From Podarcis tiliguerta (Eukaryota): a DNA stretch of 64,000 bases. This document shows, piece after piece, positions 24,400 to 37,159 of the stretch. The stretch lies in assembly GCA_965153285.1 (NCBI GenBank), contig OZ229114.1; one strand, written 5' to 3'. The notes beneath the pieces were generated by a model. That model searched no databases. It had not been told where the DNA came from and saw nothing but the letters and a program-made list of their open reading frames with translations. The translations under genes and the position numbers were made by a program. Position 1 is the first letter of the stretch. Every line of letters starts with the position of its first letter.

Positions 24400-25930
24400 T
24401 ACTTTCGGACGCTCTCTGCCTGTATTACTCTATGTGCATCTTTACAGGACGCGTGACTGCGTCTCTCCACGACACAGTCTCAGAGCGTGTGCTTCGCTGG
24501 GTGGGTGTGTATACACACGTACGTGTGTAGCTCTCTCTTCCGCGGAAGTGTCTTGCCAATTGGCTGGTGGTTCCGCGAGTGCGTTATGTGGGAGCCTCCT
24601 CTCTGCTCCCTGGGCAGACAGTGCGCGCCTTTCTTGTCCCGTTTCGCCCCCTCCCGGCCCTCTGTCGGAGAAGACGGTGGGTGGTTGGGTGGCGGTGGCG
24701 GGGAGAGATCTGTGCGCCCGAGGCGGGTGAGGAGACTGAAGGGGGGACGGGGGCGGAGCCAAGGCTGCTCCTGCTGTCTGGGCTTGATGGATGAGACGGG
24801 GGCTCCCGATGTGTGTCTTTGAGAGCGAGGCAGCGAGACGCGAAGGCAACGCGTGTTCCTGTGCTTAACCCTGCCGGGCGGCCGGAGCTTCTTCCTCCTG
24901 CGACCCGGACAGGCGACGAAGGCGCGAAGTGGAAGCAGCAGCAGCAGCCGGGGTCGCCCGCCTGCGCCAGAAGGCAGCCTCTCCACGCCGCCTCGGCGAG
25001 CGCGCCGTGCGATCATGTGCGGGGCAGCCCCTCGCTAGCCAGCGCAGGCAGCATGGCTCCCGTGAAGCGAGCGGCGTCGGGCGGCGTGTGGCTGCGGGCG
25101 GGAGCCTGCCTCTTGGCCTGGGCGGCCTTTTGCCGGGTCCGGGCGAGCGCCTGTCCCGCGCCGTGCGCCTGCAGCGGCACCACCGTCGACTGTCACGGGC
25201 TGGGGCTCCGCAGCGTCCCCAAGAACATCCCGAGGAGCGCAGAAAGGCTGTAAGTGCTGCGGGGCGGGGCGGATCGCGGGCCTGGGAGGGGGAGACGTTT
25301 GCGACCCCGGGGGGTCCTGGGGGTGGCCCCTCTCTCGGGCAGGGGCTCCGCCGGTGCCGGCCGCCACACCCCCTCTCCCGCCCTCACAATGGAGCCCCGC
25401 CGCTTAGGATGTGCCACCGCGAGACGCGCTCAGACGGTCCGAGATGGGGGGCAGACAATGCTCCCTCTGGGGGAAGTCGGGACGTGGGGAGGGAGTTGGG
25501 TCGGGCTGAGGCAGCCGCCGCAGATCCCTTCGGAGTCTCCGGGAACAATCACTCGATTGCCTTTGTTAGGGAACTGCGGCGCGCGCCCGTGCGGGTGTGC
25601 CCCCCTCCCAAACCATTGGGTGGGTGTATAACGTCTCCCCAACCCACCCCGCCTCTCACACGTGCAGCAGAGTCCGGTGGCCTGCAGGTCTGGGTCAGGT
25701 TTAGAGCAGCGCGGGTCGGGGGGGGGGGATTCCTGCTGGGCGCGATCCGGCCGTTGCGCTGCGCCTCCTTGCAGCGCGTGAGATGCCCGGGACCAGGCTA
25801 ACTTTAGCTGCACGAGCTGGCTGCTCGGATAGGTTCCAGAAACGGGGAGCACGCACCGTGGACGCGTATGTGTGTGCTGGCGCGTTCACGCGGGTGTGAA
25901 TCTCCTGTGGGCCGGCTGGCGGGGGCTGCT
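24400..25930. promoter_or_regulatory. CpG island / SLIT1 promoter and first exon region
   Basis: Abrupt rise in GC and CpG density against CpG-depleted flanks; ETS-like CGGAAGTG at 24543-24550, double CCAAT (GCCAATTGGC) at 24555-24564, GC box GGGGCGGAGC at 24750-24759. Confidence 0.9.
25053..25249 (+). CDS. SLIT1: SLIT1 coding exon 1 (197 bp): signal peptide + LRRNT
   Basis: agcATGG Kozak; [65 protein letters not shown](L); donor CT|gtaagt, phase 2; adjacency to ARHGAP19 identifies the SLIT1 paralogue. Confidence 0.96.
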
Positions 25931-26199
25931 TATTTTCTCCACTTATCTGCATGCAGTGTGTGTATGTTTGTTCGTGTTCTGTCCGCTCTAGTAAGACTCT
26001 CTGGGGAAACTGCCTCCTCTTCTGTGGAGCTAGATGGATGCCTTTTTGGGGGCCCTTCCTTGGAAAATGGGAGCTTAGGAGTGAGAGGAGAGGGTCAAGT
26101 CCTCTTTAGGAGCGTAGCCCCCTTCCCTACCCCTTGTATAACTGGCCACTCCACGTAAGTGTATCTGACACGATAAGGGTGCACCCACGCTATGCATTT

Positions 26200-26310
26200 A
26201 TTTCCCCCAAACAATCATGGGAACTGCAAATTGCATACCCCGAGCTACAATTCCCAGCACCCTTAGCAAACTACAGCTCCCAGGATTCTTTGAGGGAAGA
26301 AATGGACTTG
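26200..26310. mobile_element. Short dispersed repeat family (AACTACAG.TCCCAGGATTCTTTG); other copies at ~17995-18150 and ~45510-45695
   Basis: Three related, partly palindromic copies within the window. Confidence 0.6.
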
Positions 26311-28683
26311 AACTGTGGATGCGACCTTTGAGACATAGGAGCTCTGTGGAGCCGGAGGAGGTGGGTGTGGAAGATGGAATCTGGACCATGGAGTCTTGAG
26401 CGGCAATCTTCCAAACCCCTACAGGAGGGGGCTTGCTGTCTCTAGCCAAGCCTGCAGCCCTGGTGGCTGTCCTTTCCCATCTCTCCCTTTGCCCCCTCTT
26501 TCGACAGTTTAATGAGGGGTGAAGAAAGAGGATCCATGGGGGGGGGGCAGAAATCCTCTCCCCATGACCAACCCTTCCCACTCAGGCAATATCCATGGCA
26601 AAAGCAGAATACCAGGCAGATAAAGGGGAGATCAATTGGGGAGGGGTTTGAACATGGGGTGGAAGAGACAGACAAGGGAATGGCAGCCCAGGCACTCTGT
26701 GTGCCTTTCATCTCTGCATGTGAGGTTCTGAATTATCCAGAATAAAGGCAGGAGGGGAGGGGAGGGAATGGGAGCTCAACTGGAACAGGGGCTGATCATT
26801 AACGCACACACAGACCCCTCCTCATTACACACTTACTTAATGCTGGCTGGAATGCTCCTCATTCCTCCTCCGCAGCAGCAGCCTGACTGTGTCCATTGCT
26901 TTGGTGGGGGGTGCAAAGGGAAGTAAAAAGCTGGAGGGGATGCTAAATAATTCACCAGAATGCAGCACTGGAACGTGCTGTTTAGGCTGGGGGGAAACAA
27001 GGGGGCTGAGTGGTTGGATTTATTGCAGTCAAGCAGGATATTCCCTCCTTGCACCTCTTAAGGCCTTGCGATTCTTTCCGTTTCTTTTCTGCTTTTACGC
27101 TGAAAGCAGCTAGAAACGGAACGGACAAAGTCAGTAGGAGAGAGTCAGGACCCTTGAGCCTGCCTTGCAGCTCCTGTGCAATTGCTGTCTGGGCTCCCCC
27201 AGAGCCTCTGCTCAAGCCCCTTAATCTCTGTTCCTAGCCTCCCTCCAGCCTCTCCCAACCTGGCGCTCTCCAGATGGCTTGGACTACAACTCACGTCAGC
27301 CCCGGACAAGCACAGCTTGTTGCGGTCCCAAACATCTGGAGGGGGAGGAAGGCTGACCTACTGCTCTCCCCACCACCCAATTTGCTGTCTCTTGATCTCC
27401 TCTGAGGAATGTCTCCCTCTGTCGCCAGACAGGCTGGGACGGGGCTTCATGTGCAGGATACTCTTTCAGATTTATGCTTGACTGCAGGGTAACCTAGAAA
27501 AGAACGGGGGTGGCATGTGGTGTAAAATGTGAATGTGGAAGATTCCTATGAGCATCAGGTGCAGCAGAAACTTGGTGGGCAGCGGGTACGCTCCTAACTG
27601 CCCAGAGAGATCCTGAACCTGAAGTTAAGCAACTTTGCATAAAAGGTAGTACCATGAATATTCTCGCAGCGGGTAATTATAACAGTTTTATTTAGATGCA
27701 GCCCTTTTCCTGGTCTCTTGTGAGGGTAACATTTTGTCTCTGGTCGGTATGGTTCAAGACAACTCCGCACCAAGGCACCAAAGCTTTCCTGCTTCTGGAT
27801 ATCATCTTTGCTCTTGTCTGAGCTCATTATTGGGCCAGGCATGGGGATATGATCCATCTACCCAGCTCCAAGTGTGGCAGTGGAGTGGGAGGACAACAGC
27901 CCCCCCCCCTTGAAGTACTGCACATTCTAAGAGTTTCAGAAGCCATATCCCAGGTGCTAAGGCAGGCCTGGTCCGTTGTGTGTCGTGAGGATCTCCTACA
28001 AGGCAATCCACCCATTCCTATTATCATTTCTTCTACAAACCAATTAGTGCCCTCAGAGTGAGCCTAATTAGGTCAGGGCCCTGTAGATGCTCCTATGCAC
28101 AACAAAGCAAGCTTGGTGAACTCAGTTAGTAGCACTGCGGGACACTTTCTTTAAAAGGGCACCTTCTTTAACAGCATTTCCTTCTCTGGCACCTTAATCA
28201 CCTTCATGGAAGTTGTTATCATGGCACAGCCACGGGGAGCTGCTTTGTGAGTGTAGAATGAGGGTGCTGCCCACAAGCACGGAACTTGGCTCAGATCTGA
28301 AATGCCAGAACACTAGGAAGGGCTACCGTTCCTGTTTTGACAAGAGGGACCTCAATTGTCACTCACAGTTGGAGCACTACTTCTCATGGCCATCCTACTT
28401 CAGAGGTGGGGAATCTTTTTGGCCAAGGGGGCCAGATTCTTTATCTGTCTCACTCTTCCATGGACTAACTTTGACAGGTGGGCAGGACAGCCTATTGAGA
28501 GGGTAAGACCTACCCACTCTGTATGGGCATAAAGAGGGATACATCTTCCCTTAGACTGGCCCCAGAAGTTTTACCGACATCTCTCCTTGAGAAAGAAATG
28601 GGATGGGGAACGGTGTTAGGATTACAAAAGCACTGAAAACTTCCTTCCACCATCTGATGAGAAATCTGACCATTAGATATCTC

Positions 28684-28810
28684 TAACTCGGTTGGTTAGA
28701 GCGTGGTGCTGATAACGCCAAGGTTGCAGGCTCAGTCCCCATATGTAGCAGCTGCATACTCCTGGACTGCAGGTGGTTGAACCAGATGATACTCAAAGTC
28801 TATGATTCTA
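28684..28810 (+). mobile_element. tRNA(Ile)-derived SINE with CR1-type tail (Squam2-like)
   Basis: TAACTCGGTTGGTTAGAGCGTGGTGCTGATAACGCCAAGGTTGCAGG head; ends in CTATGATTCTA, the CR1 3' repeat. Confidence 0.75.
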
Positions 28811-31800
28811 ATCCAGAGGCGTTACCTTGCCCTGTTGATCCCAGCCAATGATTGGGTGTGTACACACTGTGAAATAATGTGCATTCAGTGCTGGATGCCG
28901 GTGCTTTTTCGCAGTGCTGCACATAGAATGCCATTCCTGTCCCACACTATATGGCAACCTAAAGCACATTCTACCAGAATGGTTATAAACAGTTTTGTAC
29001 CAAGAATGCGCTTCCCAAGTGCTTGCATCATGCATATGTGCACAAGAGAGCGCTTTCTCAGGTCACCTGTTGGGGCAGGCGTACTTGCTGTTGCAGGGCT
29101 GCCCCCCCCATCAAGCTCACCTTCTCTATGAATGAAGGAAGCAAACACGAAACAGTACAGCAACCTAGCTATCACTTTATACCCTTCTACATCTTCTGAA
29201 TATCATCATACCAGCGTTCAGCCCCTCTCTTTCAAAAGGCGGTTAAAAATATTTATTCTTTGAAAAAAGGTCTGTGGAAACACTTAATTGACAGGAGAAC
29301 ACTATTGAGCACTAGTCTGAAAACGTGCCCACCTGCATGTACAAACAGCATTCAAAATTTGCCAGGCACCAAGCTCATTTTGCACCTGGGTATCAGCCAC
29401 TTGTGATGAAGTGAAGGTGCCTGGGCGCTAGGATGTCTCTAGACATGTCCACCACCTGGAGGTGCATGCCTGGGAATCCTTGGGGCATGACTATTTTCAA
29501 ACACTAGCAACATGTCCTTTAGAATTCTATCTGTTATATTTTATCTGCACAATCAGAATGAATTTCAGGAACCAAAAAGTCGTATTGAAAAATACAACTT
29601 TTGAGTTGTCTAGCCCCTAAACGACAACTAGGCATTCTGTTTTGGTGACTGTAACCCTGGTTTAAGGAACCATTTGACACCTAGCATATATATTTGAGTT
29701 TCTAACACTGTACAAATAGCACAGATGATAACTGCCACTTTAAATAACATTTGTTGTGTGAAGGTGTGTACAATTGTGAACCATAATGTACAAAAGCCCA
29801 CTGTGTGTGTGTGGGGGGGGTGGAATCCCTGTGCACTTCAAAGGCTACATGTGTGTACACAACCATAGAAGAGAGGATTATAGTTGGTTGGTTCTGATTC
29901 GCTCCAAATGTTCAAACTTCCAAGGCTCCTTTGTCAACAAAGAGGATTGAAACACAACACAGTTAACTGAATGATGTGGAATGATGTATGTGCAGAGAAA
30001 TCATTTTGTCACACAATTTTGGACAAATGATGTCTGGTAACTCAATATTTGAAGAGAGAATTACACATTTCAGGGCAAGGTGTAAATTTTATGCATTTAT
30101 TTAGTTAATTAGGTGTTCGTAATCCATGAAAGGTTTGGATGAAAAATGATGGCTAGCAGCTTTATTCACTTTAATATATATTTGTACAATCCATCCTAAG
30201 ATTCTTAATATATGCTAAATCTAATATTTAACTGTTAAATGCATTGTAATTTATTGTAATATGCTTATGAAATAAAGGTTTTTTTCTTCTCAAACAGAAA
30301 CAAAAAGCACCACCACATGGGCAGTATAAATTTGGTAATAATGGATACTGCTGGAAGCAATTCCTGTGATCACAGTGGCACTTTCCCCAGTTGCTGTAAT
30401 TGCTGCTAGTTGGATCTGCAAAGGCCTGTTAACATGCTATAATGCCCATGAAGATTCATACTTTGAAAAAGAATGCAGGTGTTCATTCTGAGTAGCAAAT
30501 GTGTTGTAGAAATCAGCCCTTAGACTGATGCGATGAAAAGATGGCTCAAGGCTGAAGGCTAAAGGTATGGTGGTACAATTCAGACATCATGTCAGGCCAT
30601 GCTTAATGAAGTTTAACCATGGTTTGTCTTGATGTCTGAATTGACAAACTCAGTAGCAGCTTGTGTGGTGGGGAAGAACCATCCTCTTGATGATGGCATT
30701 GCTACTGCTTGGTTTGGTTTGGTGTGGGTTGGCAGTGAGGTTGGGGATATGTGGTTGCATCAGTGGGACTGCTGCCACCCATCTCAGACTGCTTCAGCTG
30801 CAGCCGCACATTCCCAATCTCGCTGCCTCTCTATCCTGGCAAAAAGCAACAGCACGAATGTTAGATGGTGGCTTCAAAGCTCCACCTCAGCATGTACTCA
30901 TCTACTGGACAAACCATGGCTTTGATCTGCCAGCAACCAGAATCAGAAACATTGATTTGAAGTGGGCTGTTAAACCATGGCCTGGAATATTTATATTGAC
31001 AAACCATAGTTACAACCATCAGTCTGTCTATAGAGAGGTTGCTTCACCATGGAGACAGGAGTGAACTTAGGAATTTATGAAGCTGTGTGTATGTGTTGGG
31101 GATGTGTGTGTGGGATAACAAAAGGAGACAAGCATTTCTACATCATGATTTGCTTGTTGTACATTTTGAAGCTTGAACTGCAGTTTGAGTTCTAAGCTAT
31201 GGTAAGCACAATCAATGGTTTGGAGTGATATCTGAACGGAACCAATAACTCTTAAGTTGGTTTCCCCTGGTCCGAGTTTTGCGTTTTTGCAGTGGAGGAA
31301 CAATCTTCCCTTAATGGTGACACACTGAAAGTTTGACTAAAAATGGCTCTTCACCATTTAGAAAGCTGCTGAGCCTTGAGCAAACATTTTGGCCATCTAT
31401 GAGATAATATTCACTTCCTCTCCACCCCATCCTGCTTTTGCCTGATTTGAAATCCTATATTTCTCTAGTTCTTTGGGCAGTTGCCACTGTTATCCTGCCT
31501 TGGATATTGCTGGTCAGCCAAAACGTTTTATTTTTATTTTTGAGAGAAGTGGCTTCTGATCACTGAAGCTAGATCTCTAGGAGCTACTTACGTATATAAA
31601 TTTTTGTTTCTCTTTGGCTGTTTCCCAGTGATGGAAATATATGGGACCCACTCTTTAAACCTGTGTGCCATCATGTTGCCTGTCTTTAGAAATAAATAAA
31701 TCTCAAGCTTGTAAGGGTGTGTGGAGGGCAATATTTTGGCAGGAAAGCAATGCATGTGAGAAGCAACAACAATCTCAGGATGTTGTTATGCCGTTCGGAA

Positions 31801-32280
31801 CAAACTACATTCTGCAAGATACTAAAACCAAATTAAATTGAGTACCCAGTACCCACACAGATAGACATGCATCGAACCAGGCACAGAAAATAAATTAATG
31901 CAAACATATTCTATTGGCTAAACACCAAGGACCAGATTCAAACGAGTGGTTTTGCTAGCAGGAGCCCTCACAAGGGCTCCCCCTAGAGCAGTGGGGCTTT
32001 CCACTCTCTCCCTGTGTGCCATCTCCATCAAATCAGTCCTGTGGGGGTCGGGATAATCCATTGAACAGTGTGCAGGGGGAGGAGAGGTGAGGTTCTTCTG
32101 CTGGGCAAGCAAAAATACTTGTGCTGTTGAAACTGGTTTAGTGCAATGTTGAATTCTTCCCTCTCAGGTTGTATTTAAGAAAGTCATGTTCATTGACTTC
32201 AGTGGGTCTTTTCTGAGTAGGAGTAGCATTGAATGCCACCCTAAGCTTTGACTTGGCAGTGCAAAGCTATCCATGTCTAT

Positions 32281-32446
32281 CAGTGGCGTAGCGTGGGTTG
32301 TCAGCACCCGGGGCAAGGCAAGTAATTTGCGCCCCCTAACCCGTGGATTTTAGCAGGGGGCAGAGAGCTGCGAGTGCGAGCGCGCCCCCCCAGATGTTGC
32401 GCCCGGTGTGGCCGGCCCCCCCTGCCGCCCCCACGCTACGCCACTG
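32281..32446. mobile_element. hAT-type MITE, GC-rich
   Basis: Perfect 17-bp TIRs CAGTGGCGTAGCGTGGG; 8-bp TSD atgtctat / atgtctac. Confidence 0.9.
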
Positions 32447-35205
32447 ATGTCTACTCAGAAGTAAGTCCCTTTGAGTTCAGTGGGGCTTAATCCCCAGTGA
32501 GTGGACCTAGGAGTGCAGCTTTAGCCACCACTGACAGGCACAATGGCAGGACACAGATGGTGTGGGAAGTTACACTCAGTCTAGAAGTTCTGGTCAGAAG
32601 CAGAGCCTGTGACACAGTATTTTTGGTCTTAGAGGTATGGCATGCATGACGTATGGTGAGTTGACAACTTATCAAGTGAAAAGCGAACCCTTGTTCGAAA
32701 CAAAACCCAAACATTGTGAAAGGCCCAATTCTTTTAAAACCTAAATGGACAGGAGGCAGACTCACTGTGCTGTGGTGCTCCCCATGCTGCTTTGGCAATG
32801 GTGGAAAGGAAACAACCAGGCCAATAGACATGATATCTTTCCTCTGCGGCGTCACCAGCAGAGCAATGTCAGAATGGGAAGTGGCCATTTTTCAGGCGGC
32901 CAGTGCATGCATTTCTTCTCTTCGCGTGTTGCCAGAAAGGTGTGGGAAATGACCAGGCTACAGTGACTCCTATGTCCCCTTACTGTTAGGGCAAGAATAT
33001 ACATTAAACCATTATTCAGCCCTGGACTGTCTTTGTTCATGTAAATCATCGTGCTGTGTGTACTTCAAAAGCTTTTCAAGATAAGAAATTCTTCAAATTT
33101 CACTGTGATTCACACGGAAGGTATTTGTCTAACTGAGGCCTGTTCTTGATGCCTTAGAACTATTGTTCTCTAAATCATGGCAGCCTGCTGAGAGGACTTG
33201 AATATTTAAATGTTGAAATGGCCCACATGTGTAAATTAGGTTTTGTACATTCCGGAAATTAAACCTCATGTAGAAGAGATGGCCTTGTCAGAACAAAGAT
33301 TCTCATTTGAAATCGGCCAGGCATACCAAAGGATACCTTTTTGGGATACATCAAATATAGATGTTCTTTATATAATGCAAGAATAAAAATACAGAACAAT
33401 TCACTCCTAAAGCTACCTTATGCCATCAACCAGTGGTTCCCAATTGGCAATCTGAGGACCCCAAGAAGTCTGTGGCACATGCCCATCAACTGGCAAGGAT
33501 ATCCCATTTTGGGGCATCCTGCTCTTGCATGGGTCACATGACTCATGTGAGAATGTGGCCTGGAAGACCCACGATCCGGTTTTGCGTTAGGATGTGTTGG
33601 AGGGTATGGTGGCACAATTCACATTACAGAAACTATCACAGTGATATCAGCATTTTCAAAAGTAGGGGTTCCATGGCTTGGCTTATGAAAAACAGGAGGT
33701 TCTCTTTCCTTAGTTAATTGGGAACCACTGCCATAGACAATTAAGCTTGTAGGTTCTTCTGCCCTGTCCACATAGCTGTGTTGTGTATCCTCTGAACTCA
33801 TCCCCATTCTGAATGTATCCCTCTGGATCACGTGGCCTCAGTGCAAAGTCCAGGGATGTGGTGGGCACTCTGGAGAGTCCCCCAAAAGAAAAGCGGGCAG
33901 CAGTGATGGGCAGGTAGCAAGGCAAGCGTCTGAGGGATGAAAAACCACTGCTGACCAGGGCAATTGCCCCAGTCTGCCTAATGGAAGGGATGGCCCTTTG
34001 GAAGTGCCATGATGCTGCTAAACCTACCACAGGCACCTGGTTGGCCACCATGAGCACAGAATGCTGGACTCAACAGGCCTTTGGCCTGATCCAGCAGGGA
34101 CCTTCTTATGGTCTTACTTCATGTGTTTTCAAGAGTTTAAAACTGAGCAGCCTCTTCCCCAAGATTCACACCTGTCACTTCCATAGTCTAGCGAAACTAT
34201 CTTTCCTACCCTTTCCTCTTGTCTTGTATCCCTGCTTCATGGCATGCTGCTTCCCTTGTGCAATATGTGCGCTGCCACAGCCATCCCCTGATCTAGGCAA
34301 CAGTTGCAGTATGTTCCCGCTCTCCCTTTTTGTCAGAGTAAAGCTGTCTCTTATCATGCGGCTTCACCGTTCCCCGTATGTTCCATTCCAAGTTGCTTGT
34401 TGTTTGAATAGTGAAAGGCAGCTGCAGAGACTTTGAGGGTCGAGTGTCTCCTTAATCCAGCATCTCTGGGCGGATTAGGCAAGAGATCCACAGAGTGTAG
34501 GATGCTGCTCAAAAGGGAACCATGAGACTGTAAAATTGGAATGGTAAAAGACTGCCTTCTGCCCACATTTAATGCCAGCCGTGCTGCACAGAGCAGAATG
34601 GCAGGTGTGGCGCTGGAACGAACCCAGAAGCGTTTCACAGCTTTGGCAGCTATCAGACTCCAGCCTGCAACCTAAAACATAGAAATAAGGTTTTGTGTGT
34701 GTACATATAGAGGGGAGGGGAGAGTGTGAGGGCTGAGCATGCTTGGATAGCATTTAGCCACCCAGATGACTGAGGTTTCTGGCCCTTTCCTCATATTGCT
34801 TTGGAACTGGGCACAGGATTGCCAATGGCATGCCAGCCGCCTAGGGATTAAGCTGGCATCAATTCTAAACAAGCCGCTTGGGGGCAAGAGTTGGTTGAGG
34901 GGCACTGGGATCCTGCTTTGCTAGCACTGCCGCAGCCTGCAAGTTCTGAATTTCTGTGCTTGTTAGTATTGTGCGCCTAGGTAAATGGATCAGATTTCAA
35001 GGGAAATTTTTCCTCATTTTTCCCTTCTGTTGCTTTGTGGTACTACCGGGGAGGGGGAGAGTTTGTATTGCAATGGTTAGGAGCCAAGAGAAGGTCCCCT
35101 TTCCCAGTATTCACTCACATATGTTCACATTGATGTATTGCAGTAAGCTAGGCATCGCAAGTAGCAAATGAATAACAGGCCCTCTGGTTTCCTATTGGAC
35201 TTTAT

Positions 35206-35241
35206 GTGAGTGAGTGAGTGAGTGAGTGAGTGAATGAGTGA
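35206..35241. repeat. (TGAG)n microsatellite
   Basis: Read directly. Confidence 0.9.
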
Positions 35242-36366
35242 GACAGACGGACAAGGCAGGCAGGCAAGTACATCTAGCTTATCTAGCTGAAATGGGAGTT
35301 CAGATCCCACCAGGGAGCTTCCTAGCTTGGCAGAAGGTGCTCCCGTGTTGAAACAGCGTGGTAGGCTTGTGGTGGATCACACTGGCAGTCATGTTGCATT
35401 TCCTTTCCTTCAGATCCTTCCCTGGGTTGTGGGGAATTTGCAATTCTATTCCAGTTTCTCCCTTCAGCTACTTCCCAGGCAGATGCTGTCTATGCATTGC
35501 CATGGCAACGCTGTGTTCGCCTCTCCATGGAATTGCATGCTGGAAAAATATTAGTTTAAAAAACTATGCAGTGTTTGTATTGATGGAAGCCGAGGTTGTT
35601 AGCAGGGATGGATCATCCCAGGCATGAAGGAAGCCCCAATAATGGGCAGTAAAGCAGCAGGATTTGCCTCCAGGGGACACTTCCCAGCAGCAGGTCGAGA
35701 GGCTCCCTACAAATACAATTCTGCCCTCTGCTTTATGGCACATTTTAAAATATAGAGATATACTTGCCTTAAGTGTGCCACAGAGTGGCCCTTGTAAATG
35801 TAGCTTAGCTGCAAGTACTTTGAGTAAGTGTGAAAGGGGTTTAGTTATTATTTGTATTTCATTCTTTAGGGAGTTCAGAACAGGATTTTTCTTAGCCCAC
35901 AAACAACCCTCTGGGCTAGGCTAGGCTGATAAATAGGGATTATAGACTGAAGGTTGCCCACTGGGTTTTATAGCTGAGCAAAGTGATGAGCCAACAGAAT
36001 TCTTAGCCAGTGAACCGCACATTGTTTCTTAAATGTTTTTTCAGTGCTCTTTCCATTTCAGCAAAAAAAAGTCGCTTGTAGAATAGATCAACAAGCCTTT
36101 CCCCAACTTCTTCTTCTTTGAAATGTGTTTTGTCAGTTTTCCTGAAAACATACAAGAAAATCAACATAGGCAGGTAAATAAACACACAACCTGCCCCAGC
36201 TCAACTTCCCGAAGCAGGAGCTTGGTTCTTGAAACTGCCTGTTTCAGCTCCATTTGCATCCCCCCAAACTGAGAAAATCTGTTAGTTCTATACTGGCCAT
36301 GCTGCGCCTTTCAAGACAGCTAGTCAAAGCACATGTTGGCAGAGGGAATGCTGCTACTTAGCCTGG

Positions 36367-36369
<3 letters not shown>

Positions 36370-36406
<37 letters not shown>
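36370..36406. repeat. (GT)n microsatellite
   Basis: Read directly. Confidence 0.95.
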
Positions 36407-36409
<3 letters not shown>

Positions 36410-36959
36410 GCACAGAGAGAGGATCTGGATGGATTTTGAGTAGAGGGGTGGAAACAGTGATCACTTTCCAGGGAGGGATTGCCAAGCAGAAGCAGCTGTG
36501 ATGGGAGAGCCAACAGAGAAGGCGCTTTCTGTGGGTGGACGGTCATAATCTCTGCCTCTCAGTGCATGTGCATGTGTATGCTCACATGTATGTATGGAAC
36601 CATTACCAAATAATAAAACTTTTATTTGTATCAGTAATGGATTTTATTACACCTATGGCTCCAGTAAACATTTCATTCATCCAAATTAGCCCTTGGTGAT
36701 TTCCTAACGAATATTGCGGGCCTATTGTCTGCTGTTCTACCTACAAAGCAGATACTGTGGTCCCCAGACGTGGCAGTTTGTGACTCTGCTGCAGAGTGCG
36801 TTTGCTACACCATTTCTTACAGCAACACTACCAGGCATTTCTCCAATGATTTTGAGCTTCTCAGTGAATGGGACTTTAGTTGCTACTTGCAGCAGAAATA
36901 ACAAGTTGAAAGAAAAGCAATTATCCCTACCATACTCCCTACTTCTATATAAATAAAAA

Positions 36960-37085
36960 AATTATTATTTTATTATTTATACCCCCGCCCATCTGCCTGG
37001 GCTGCCCCAGAGACTCTGGGTGGCTTCCAACACATATAAAAACATAATAAAACATCAAATATTAGAAACTTCCCAATACAGAGGT
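36960..37085 (-). mobile_element. L2-clade LINE short 3' end (antisense)
   Basis: tttatacccCGCCCATCTGCCTGGG...CTCTGGGTGGCTTCC shared with the 40717 copy. Confidence 0.75.
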
Positions 37086-37159
37086 AATAATTATAATATA
37101 TTATAATATACAATATAATTATTCGATGTTGAGGGAGTGGAGTGTGTAGAATCCCTATA

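Noticed and set aside
24600-24630. Possible REST/NRSE site in the SLIT1 promoter
   Set aside because: Half-sites are mismatched and mis-spaced relative to TTCAGCACCACGGACAG.
24929-25801. 290-aa ORF and other long overlapping ORFs in the CpG island
   Set aside because: Non-ATG starts, Arg/Gly/Pro-rich low complexity, crosses the SLIT1 splice donor; expected from stop-codon scarcity in GC-rich DNA.
28684-28745. Possible tRNA-Ile(GAT) gene
   Set aside because: T-loop is degenerate (GGCTCAGTCC), there is no acceptor stem or oligo-T terminator, and it runs into a CR1-type tail; it is a SINE head.
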